A DNA stretch of 37,763 bases, from contig DAHUXX010000098.1 of assembly GCA_027306955.1 (NCBI GenBank), positions 1-37,763 on the forward strand, in the 5' to 3' direction. The notes under the pieces are model-generated. The model was not told the origin of the DNA. It searched no databases and worked only from the letters and a program-made list of their open reading frames with translations. Positions 1 to 6,727 of the stretch are shown here, piece by piece. Numbering within the stretch: position 1 is the first letter of the stretch; each line of letters opens with the position of its first letter. This stretch comes from Acetobacteraceae bacterium. Its GTDB lineage: Bacteria; Pseudomonadota; Alphaproteobacteria; Acetobacterales; Acetobacteraceae. A program made the position numbers and the translations under genes.

Positions 1-413
1 ACTCCGACCAATCTTTTCGATGGGTTGCAGGGCAGTAAATCCAAAAGACACAGGGACCGCTCGTTCATTCGTACCGCTGGCCCCTGTTGCATTTTGGAAC
101 CCGGATTCGTTGGCTGGAGGGCATCGACCACCAGCGCACACGGGCCCGCAGGCCGCAGTCCAACGGCATCGTCGAGCGGCTGCACCGCACCCTGCTCGAC
201 GAGCACTTCCGCGTCGAAGGCCGCAAGACTTGGTTTGAGACCATCGAGAAGATGCAGGTCGTGCTCGACACCTACCTCATCGGCTACAATACCAAGCGGC
301 CCCACCAGGGCCGCGGTATGAACGGACGCACGCCCGCCAAGGCGTTCCGCGACGGTATCCCCGAAGCCACCTCACGAAAGGTGATCTGCTCCCTGGAAAC
401 TGGATCGTTTTGA
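1..413 (+). pseudogene. IS481-like DDE transposase (rve/integrase core), 3' fragment, frameshifted and cut by the window edge
   Basis: Frame 3 (87..413) reads ...GIDHQRTRARRPQSNGIVERLHRTLLDEHF...YNTKRPHQGRGMNGRTPAKAF, the typical C-terminal third of IS481-type transposases (PQ[ST]NG..ER.HRTL...YN..RPH.G). The preceding segment (..DTGTA..) sits in a different frame, and an in-frame stop lies at 36-38. The N-terminal part is absent. Confidence 0.75.
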
Positions 414-886
414 GTTAGAGTTTTCTGCTTTTGTTCCCGTGGTTGGGAGGAGCGGAGGACGATGAAGGCATCGAAGTTTTCGGAGGCACAGAAGGCGTTC
501 ATCCTGAAGCAGGGAGCGGACGGCGTGCCGGGGCGACACGCGATCGGGTGTGCCGCGACGTCGGTTATCCGCGAACGCTCCGGGTCGACCAGGGGACGGA
601 TCTCGGCAGCCTAGCGACGGCCGGAGAACCTGGGAATGGCGACACCAAAGACATCATGCCGGATAACGCCTTCAACGAAGCCGTCAACGGTCGCTTTCGG
701 GCGGAGTGCCTGAACGCCCACCGGTTCCTGACGCTTGCCGACGCACGCGAGAAGGCGGCGGATTGGCGCAAGTACTACAACGAGGATCGGCCGCATGGGG
801 CAATCGGCAATCTGCCGCCTGCGGCCTTCATGACTGCCGGCAGCGCTACCAACCCGCTTCCGGAACGAGCTCGAAAACTCTAGGTT
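414..886 (+). mobile_element. IS3-family insertion-sequence remnant with internal deletions and retained terminal inverted repeats
   Basis: The start of an orfA-like reading frame is at 462 (MKASKFSEAQKAFILKQGADGVP..., a typical IS3/IS407-group OrfA N-terminus) and breaks after ~25 aa. OrfB catalytic-core pieces lie in frame 431..883: GYPRTLRVDQGTD, then DNAFNEAVNGRFRAECLNAHRFLTLADAREKAADWRKYYNEDRPHGAIGNLPP. The 10-bp sequence TAGAGTTTTC at 416-425 recurs as its exact reverse complement GAAAACTCTA at 873-882. The element is only ~470 bp, far shorter than intact IS3-family elements. Confidence 0.7.
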
Positions 887-1076
887 CGGGCGGTCCAACA
901 GCCGTTAGCGGCGCAGGGAGCCAGTCTCTCAACTTTACGGTGGGCCGAGAATCCAGGGACAGGTCAGCAGGTCGGGGTGCCGCGCACGAAGGCAACCGCA
1001 AAATCACCGACTGTTGTGAGAAATAGAACCGGAAAGGGTTGGGTTAAATCTGTCATTCAAAACCTCGCTGATCAGC

Positions 1077-1373
1077 CTATCTCCCCGCAACATGAAGAAA
1101 TCCCCAGCCCATGATGATCAGCATGACGCCAATATAGAGGCGCAGCCCCCAGAACGCGGCCTGCTGCCACGGCCGCAGAGCAACCCGCTCGATCGGCATG
1201 AGCGGCGTCAACCAGCCTTCCGTGCGGGCGATCGCGGCGATATCGGCACTGCTGTCACGAGCGGCGCGGTCGAGGTCGCGCTGGCTGGCCTTGGCCGCGC
1301 GCGGTACCGGTATCCGGCTGATGATTTTCGAGCGACGGGTTTCACGGGCAAGAAAAAGGTTGTCCTGGCTCAT
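1077..1373 (-). CDS. hypothetical small membrane protein (98 aa, single C-terminal TM), probably co-transcribed with the NRAMP-family gene
   Basis: The ORF lies 27 nt downstream of the transporter stop on the same strand. AGGAG sits 9 nt upstream of the ATG. The C-terminal stretch AAFWGLRLYIGVMLIIMGWGFLHV is hydrophobic. I recognise no family. Confidence 0.5.
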   Translation of the reverse strand: MSQDNLFLARETRRSKIISRIPVPRAAKASQRDLDRAARDSSADIAAIARTEGWLTPLMPIERVALRPWQQAAFWGLRLYIGVMLIIMGWGFLHVAGR

Positions 1374-1400
1374 GACTTTACGCTCCTGAGCGACGAATTT

Positions 1401-2774
1401 TCAAAGGGCATGGGGAAACACGGTCGCGATGCCGTAGAGGCCATTGCAGGTGATCAGCATGACCATGACGCCGACCGACAGGATGTTGCGGATCGGTGAA
1501 TTCACGTGGTCGCCCAGCAACTCCCGATCATTGAGCAGCATGAGCAGGAACAGCATGGCCGCCGGCATGAACACGGTCGCGATCACTTGGACGGTCAGGT
1601 TGAGGAACCCGACTGGCACGTGCGGCAGCATCAACACACTCGCCGCAATCGCGGTACCAACGATCGCCGGCCCATAAAAATACAACGACCGGCGCGGCGA
1701 GATGTTGACCGACCGCGGAACATCGAGCGCCTCGCCAATCGCCCAAGCAGTACCGGCGGTGATCACGATCGAGGCGACCAGGCCGGCTTCGAGCAGCCCG
1801 AGCGCGAAGATCACCATCGTGCCGTGGCCGAGACGCGACCCGATTCCGGCAAGTACCGAATGGTCATCCAGAGACGCGGCGTTCGTCAGACCGTGCAGGT
1901 ATTGCCCGGAAATCACGATGATCGAGGTGGCGACCACCAGCATCCCGATCACGCCGAGCATCAGATCGCGTCGGCTTGCTTTGATGTCCTGCGGCAGAAT
2001 CCCCTTATCGACGACGCAGGATTGCTGGAAAAACAACTGCCACGGCGCGATCGTGGTGCCGATATTCGCCGAAACCAGGACCAGGAACCCCGCGGAGAGC
2101 AACCCGCCGGGCAATGCCCAGCCGCTGCCGGTAAAAGTGCGGCCGATCGCGCCCCAATCGGGGTGCGAGACTAGCGCGAGCGGCACGAACATCAGGTTGA
2201 ATGCTGCAACCAACAGCGAAATGCGTTCCCATGTGTAATATTTCAGGAACAACAGGATGCTGACGATGAAAACGAACGCAGCCGGTATCGTCACGAGGTA
2301 GGGGACATGGAAAATTTCGCTGGCGACACGGATGCCTATGAATTCGGTCATGAGCGTCAGGATATTCGCGACGACCAGATCGATCAGCGAAAACGCGCCC
2401 CAGAACGCGCCGTAGCGCTTCCAGATCATCTCGGCATGGCCGCGGCGGGTGACGGCGCCGAGCCGGATGGTCATTTCCTGGACCAGATAGGCGATTAAGC
2501 CGAGCGGGATCATCAGCGGGATGAACAGGCTGAACCCGTAGGTGGCGCCGGTCTGCGCGTAGGTGATGACGCCACCGGCGTCGTTGTCGCCGAGCATGTC
2601 CAGGAGGCCAGGACCGACCAACGCAAGGCCAAGGGCGATGCGGCTGCCCAGGCTCTGCTTGCCGATACGCAGCCGCTGAATGCGCAGCCGATCACGCAGC
2701 CGAGCTTCAAGACCCTCGGGAAAAATGATGCGGGCGGTCTCGGGCGAGGTCAGGATATCGGTTTCGGCAGACAT
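1401..2774 (-). CDS. NRAMP/SLC11-family divalent cation transporter, NRMT-like (non-canonical metal site)
   Basis: 457 aa and polytopic. The TM1 region GPGLLDMLGDNDAGGVITYAQTGATYGF aligns to the NRAMP GPG...DPGN...Q.GA..GY signature. The TM6 region NIGTTIAPWQLFFQQS aligns to A..MPHNL.LHS. I chose the start at Met51 of the listed ORF (ATG at 2774, MSAETDIL...) because the upstream extension is Arg/Ser/Pro-rich and non-protein-like. Confidence 0.85.
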   Translation of the reverse strand: MSAETDILTSPETARIIFPEGLEARLRDRLRIQRLRIGKQSLGSRIALGLALVGPGLLDMLGDNDAGGVITYAQTGATYGFSLFIPLMIPLGLIAYLVQEMTIRLGAVTRRGHAEMIWKRYGAFWGAFSLIDLVVANILTLMTEFIGIRVASEIFHVPYLVTIPAAFVFIVSILLFLKYYTWERISLLVAAFNLMFVPLALVSHPDWGAIGRTFTGSGWALPGGLLSAGFLVLVSANIGTTIAPWQLFFQQSCVVDKGILPQDIKASRRDLMLGVIGMLVVATSIIVISGQYLHGLTNAASLDDHSVLAGIGSRLGHGTMVIFALGLLEAGLVASIVITAGTAWAIGEALDVPRSVNISPRRSLYFYGPAIVGTAIAASVLMLPHVPVGFLNLTVQVIATVFMPAAMLFLLMLLNDRELLGDHVNSPIRNILSVGVMVMLITCNGLYGIATVFPHAL

Positions 2775-3271
2775 GGCATGTCTCCGTGATCGGCAAATGT
2801 GAGGCGAAAATGATGCGGAAGTTGACGGTGATCCGGACCGGGTTCGGCCGGGAGGCTCGCCGTGTGGTTCCGCGACCACTTTCCAATAGGTCACGAGCCG
2901 CCCGAACTGTCGGAACGCCACCACGCGACAAGCCGGCGGCGCGGGAATTCCACGTCACTCGACACGGCGCTCCTGATCGGCGAAGACGACCGATCCGTTC
3001 GTTTTCTGCAGAAGATCATCGTGATCCCTCCTCCTGGTCAGCATTGGCTCGAACCCGGGAGGGATGGGCGGGGTTCAGCGCGTTGCGCGCATCACTCCAG
3101 CCGCGTATCCGGCCCGGGCAATCGTCCATCCCACGGTTGAACGGACAGCAAGCGAAAAGCGCTTACTATCGTCCTCCGAAGGCTGGCCGGTCGATCGCGG
3201 TTTCATCGGATCCTTGGAAAGTTGGTTGATCAAAACCGTGGAAATTCGCTTTCCGCGGCTACCTGCGCCAT

Positions 3272-3288
3272 ATACCCCCTCATAGTAT
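3272..3288. promoter_or_regulatory. candidate CsoR/RcnR-family operator (C5 tract flanked by ATAC/GTAT inverted repeat)
   Basis: ATACCCCCTCATAGTAT ends 14 bp before the regulator ATG. Its architecture resembles the type-1 RcnR/FrmR sites (TACT-G6-N-AGTA): an AT-rich inverted repeat flanking a G/C tract. It overlaps a possible -10 hexamer, TAGTAT. Confidence 0.45.
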
Positions 3289-3302
3289 CTGGTCAAGAGG
3301 CG

Positions 3303-3578
3303 ATGCAATACACCGAAAAGGAAAAACGCAAGCTGGTGAACCGGCTCAGCCGCATTCGCGGCCAAGTCGAGGCGATGCAGACAGCGTTGGAGGATGATGC
3401 GCGATGCACCGCATTATTGCAGCAGGCAACGGCGTGCCGCGGTGCGCTGGACGGGTTCATCGGCACGGTGATCGAGCACCATATCCGCCAGCATATCGTT
3501 GATCCGAAGCAGCAGGAGACCGATCGCGCCCAGGCCGCCGAAGAGCTGATCGGCGTGGTTCATTCTTACCTGACGTAG
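3303..3578 (+). CDS. CsoR/RcnR/FrmR-family metal-sensing transcriptional repressor (RcnR-like C35/H60/H64)
   Basis: 91 aa: MQYTEKEKRKLVNRLSRIRGQVEAMQTALEDDARCTALLQQATACRGALDGFIGTVIEHHIRQHIV... This matches the family pattern (K..L..RL.RI.GQ; C..[IL]LQQ..A.RGA; H...HI) at family-typical length. Confidence 0.85.
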   Translation: MQYTEKEKRKLVNRLSRIRGQVEAMQTALEDDARCTALLQQATACRGALDGFIGTVIEHHIRQHIVDPKQQETDRAQAAEELIGVVHSYLT

Positions 3579-3635
3579 GTTGAATTTCTGATCAAACCGC
3601 CCCAATGGCGACAGGGTCGGTCCCCAACAATTTGA

Positions 3636-4360
3636 TACCAAGCGGCTCATGGCGCCGACGATCAGCAGCTTGCGGATGTCGGTCTGCCCCATCTTGCTGA
3701 CGCCGCCGCGCCTCGTCTTGCTACCTGTCGAGCGTTGCCTGGGCACAAGGCCCAACCAGGCAGCGAAGTTCCTGCCACTCGAAAACGCGCGCAAATCGGG
3801 CGCGAACGCCATGATGGCGCCGGCGCTGACCGGGCCAACGCCCGGTGCCGAGCACAGACGCCGCATCTCGACGCTCTCCCGTGACGTGTCCTGCTGCCGC
3901 CGGGTCAGCTCCTGGGTCTTCGCCGTGAGATGGTCGATCTGATCGAGGTAGCGGCGAACGATCTCCTTGACCGTGTCCGGCACTTCTGCCGTGCCGGTCT
4001 CTGTCAGACCGATGACCTGCTTGAGGTGAGCCGGCCCTTGGGCGACCACCAGCATGAACTCGGCCAGATGGCCGCGCAGGGCGTTGATCAGCTGCGCGCG
4101 TTGACGGATGAAGCACTGATGTGTCCGGAAGGCGACTGCGCGCGCCTGATGTTCGGCTTTCTTGACCGCGACGCAATGCATGTTCGGACGCAATGCCGCC
4201 TCGGCAATCGCGGCGGCATCAGCCGCATTGTTCTTCTGCCGCTTGACGAACGGCTTCACGTAGATCGGCGGGACCAGGCGAACATTATGTCCGAAGCCTT
4301 GAGCCACCCGGCCCCAGCAGTGGCTCGTCGCGCAGGCCTCCATCGCCACGATACATGACG
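3636..4360 (-). mobile_element. IS110-family transposase remnant, truncated at both ends
   Basis: ..CIVAMEACATSHCWGRVAQGFGHNVRLVPPIYVKPFVKRQKNNAADAAAIAEAALRPNMHCVAVK...LCSAPGVGPVSAGAIMAFAPDLRAFSSGRNFAAWLGLVPRQRSTGSKTRRGGVSKMGQTDIRKLL is a classic IS110-family core. The ~40-aa N-terminus carrying the first catalytic Asp (GID..K) is missing. After ..GAMSRLV the sequence loses similarity and runs antisense into the regulator gene. Confidence 0.8.
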
Positions 4361-4369
4361 GCTGCGAAC

Positions 4370-5544
4370 TCAGCCGCTCGCGACGACGCCTCCGCCCACC
4401 AGCGGGCCCAGCGAGTTGCCGAGAAAGGTTGCCGACGCGGTCATGCCGAACACGGTGCCGCGGTCGGCGCGCGCCACCAGCCGCCCCACCAGCGCGTTCG
4501 CCGTGGGCAGGATGCCGCCGATGAACATGCCGAGCCCGAAGTGCTCCGTCAGGAACACACCGTAGCTGTGGGCAAAGGCCTGCGGCACGCTGGTCACCGT
4601 GGCACCGAACAGGCAGATCAGCAACACGCGGCGGTAGCCAATGCGGTCGCTGCGCTTGCCGAGGAAGGGCGAGGCGATGAGGTCCGCAAGCCCGGTGATG
4701 GAATAGGCGAGGCCGGCAAGGGTCGCGAGCGCCGGCACGTTGCCCGCCAGCAGCTGCACGAACAGCGTCACCATCGGCTGTGCCGCGCGCACCGCGAATT
4801 GCGCCAGCAGCAGCACCAGGAACAGCGGCAGCAGCGCCGCGGAGGATGCCGCCATCCGCAGGCTGGCGAGCAGGGAACGCCTGGCCTGCCCCTCCGGCGG
4901 CGGCGTGAAATGCTCCCGCACCACGAAATGCACCGAGATCGCGGTGAGGAAGGTCAGCAGCGAGGTGAGGTAGAACGGCACCCGGTAGCTGCCGGAGAGG
5001 TCGGACAGCGCGCCGCCGATCACCGGCCCGACCAGCGAGCCGACGAGCTGGCCGGTGCTGAGCCAGCCCAGCGCGTAGCCCAGCCGCCGCTCCGGCACCG
5101 CACCTGGCTCGCCACCAGGGCGATCGCGTTGGTGGAAAACCCGGCGAAGGCGCCCATCAGCGCGCGCCAGGCAAAGAACTGCCAGACATTGCCGGCGAAC
5201 CCCATCAGCGCGGTGAACAGCGAGATCGCGAAACCGGAGCGCAGCAACATCAGCTTACGCCCCTTGCGGTCCGCGAGCGTGCCCCAGAGCGGTGAGGCGA
5301 AAGCCGCGATCAGGGGCGTCGCCGCGGTCAGGATGCCGGCCCAAAGCAGGATGCTGTGGCGGTTGGTGACGCCGAGATCCGGCAGCAACAGCGGCATGAT
5401 CGGCGTCAGCACCGAGAACGACATGGTCATGACGAACTGGATGCCGACCATGGCCCAGAGCGTGCGCTGCCAGTTAGCGAAGAGCACGTGGTCCGTCACA
5501 TCGCCGGCCGCCCGCCCCGGTTCCGCGCCCTCCAATTCCTGCAT
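4370..5544 (-). pseudogene. MFS (DHA1-like) efflux transporter, frameshifted and 3'-truncated
   Basis: Two overlapping ORFs (5020..5544 and 4370..5098) together give TM1-TM11 of an MFS protein, with the motif-A-like segment GTLADRKGRK. The frames differ by 2 nt at a GCACC-GCACC tandem duplication (5095-5104). The protein ends after ..LGPLVGGGVVASG with no TM12, directly abutting the IS110 remnant. Confidence 0.8.
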
Positions 5545-5567
5545 TGCTCCGCGCCGACCTTACGTCA

Positions 5568-5587
5568 TGTGACACAAGCGTGTCACA
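5568..5587. promoter_or_regulatory. perfect 8-4-8 palindrome TGTGACAC-AAGC-GTGTCACA upstream of the MFS gene; candidate operator
   Basis: Read directly from the sequence. It lies 24 bp upstream of the MFS ATG (5544) and 70 bp downstream of the ugpC stop. Confidence 0.4.
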
Positions 5588-5656
5588 ATGAACGCCTGGC
5601 GGCGCGGCGCCAAAGCGCCTGGTGCCGGGCAGCCTCGCGGTTGACGCAGGCGCGCC

Positions 5657-6727
5657 TTAGCGGAGGGGATCGAGCCGCAGCCCGCTCTGGGCGTCGAAGA
5701 CGTGCAGGCTCGCGCTCGGGATCGCGATCTCGGTGCGCTCGCCGCCGGACCAGGCGCCATGCACCTTCACCGACAACATCGCCTCGTCCGGCAGGCGGCC
5801 GAGCAGCACCGTCTCCGAGCCCAGCGGCTCGACGAGGTCGATCGTGAGCGGCGTCCCGCCAGGCTCCAGCCGCACATGCTCGGGCCGGATACCCACGGTG
5901 AGCTTCTGTCCTTCCACCCCCTCGCGCCTGCCATCGGCGAATGGCAGCAGCATACCGCCCTCGAGCCGAGCCGCGGTACCGCCGGCGGTGAGCGTCGCGT
6001 CCAGCAGGTTCATCGCCGGCGTGCCGATGAAGCCCGCGACATAGCTATTGGCCGGCCGGTCGAACACCTCCATCGGCGTTGCGAGCTGCACCGGCACGCC
6101 GAGATGCAGCACCAGCAGCCGGTCGCCCAGCGTCATCGCCTCCACCTGGTCGTGGGTGACGTAGAGGCTGGTAACGCCGAGCCGGCGCTGCAGCCGGCGG
6201 ATCTCCGCGCGCATCGAGACGCGCAGCTTGGCGTCGAGGTTGGAAAGCGGCTCGTCGAAGAGGAACAGTTTCGGCTCCCGAACGATCGCACGGCCCATGG
6301 CGACGCGCTGGCGCTGCCCGCCCGAGAGCTGGCGCGGCTTGCGCGCAAGCAGCGCTTCGAGCCCCAGCAGCGCAGCCGCCTCGTGCACACGCCGCTGGAT
6401 TTCCGGCTTCGGCAGGCCGCGGATGCGCAGACCATAGGCCATGTTGTCGAACACGCTCATGTGCGGATAGAGCGCGTAGTTCTGGAACACCATGGCGATG
6501 TCGCGCGCCGAGGGGTCGAGCGCCGTGATGTCGCGCCCGTCGAGGACGATGCGCCCGGAGGTTGGTTCCTCCAGCCCCGCCACGAGGCGCAGCAGCGTCG
6601 ATTTGCCGCAGCCCGAGGCGCCGACGATCACAAGCATCTCGCCGGAATTGAGAGAGAGATCGATGCCGTGCAGCACCTCGATCGGGCCAAAGCTCTTGCG
6701 CAGCTTCTCGATCACCAGGGTCGCCAT
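5657..6727 (-). CDS. ugpC: sn-glycerol-3-phosphate ABC transporter ATP-binding protein
   Basis: [14 protein letters not shown]...[12 protein letters not shown] (Walker A)...[14 protein letters not shown] (signature)...[12 protein letters not shown] (Walker B), plus a MalK-type C-terminal domain. The start overlaps the ugpE stop (TGATG). Confidence 0.9.
   Translation of the reverse strand: MATLVIEKLRKSFGPIEVLHGIDLSLNSGEMLVIVGASGCGKSTLLRLVAGLEEPTSGRIVLDGRDITALDPSARDIAMVFQNYALYPHMSVFDNMAYGLRIRGLPKPEIQRRVHEAAALLGLEALLARKPRQLSGGQRQRVAMGRAIVREPKLFLFDEPLSNLDAKLRVSMRAEIRRLQRRLGVTSLYVTHDQVEAMTLGDRLLVLHLGVPVQLATPMEVFDRPANSYVAGFIGTPAMNLLDATLTAGGTAARLEGGMLLPFADGRREGVEGQKLTVGIRPEHVRLEPGGTPLTIDLVEPLGSETVLLGRLPDEAMLSVKVHGAWSGGERTEIAIPSASLHVFDAQSGLRLDPLR

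Noticed and set aside
2876-3019. A 47-codon minus-strand ORF (MIFCRKRTDRSSSPIRS...) preceded by a strong GGAGGAGG Shine-Dalgarno, in the long spacer upstream of the NRAMP-family gene. It could be a leader peptide.
   Set aside because: It uses several codons that look rare for this genome (AGA, AAA, CGA, TCT, AGT). The sequence is Arg/Ser-rich with no hydrophobic or conserved pattern, and I have no conservation evidence. It is kept only as something ribosome profiling could revisit.
2775-3270. A possible metal riboswitch (such as yybP-ykoY, Mn2+) or a Mur/Fur box in the leader of the NRAMP-family gene.
   Set aside because: Reading the minus strand, I could not find the conserved yybP-ykoY core elements or a Fur/Mur-like AT-rich palindrome. 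Only a covariance-model scan could settle this.
3414-3635. The C-terminal 73 codons of the 311-aa IS110-type ORF, which overlap the metalloregulator gene on the opposite strand.
   Set aside because: IS110 similarity ends near ..GAMSRLV. The remaining tail is just an open antisense frame through the regulator gene, so it is not a genuine overlapping gene.
5568-5587. Reading the palindrome as a CRP/FNR-type site (TGTGA...TCACA).
   Set aside because: The TGTGA and TCACA pentamers are separated by 10 bp, not the 6 bp required for CRP-family sites. The full 8-4-8 symmetry fits a different dimeric binder.
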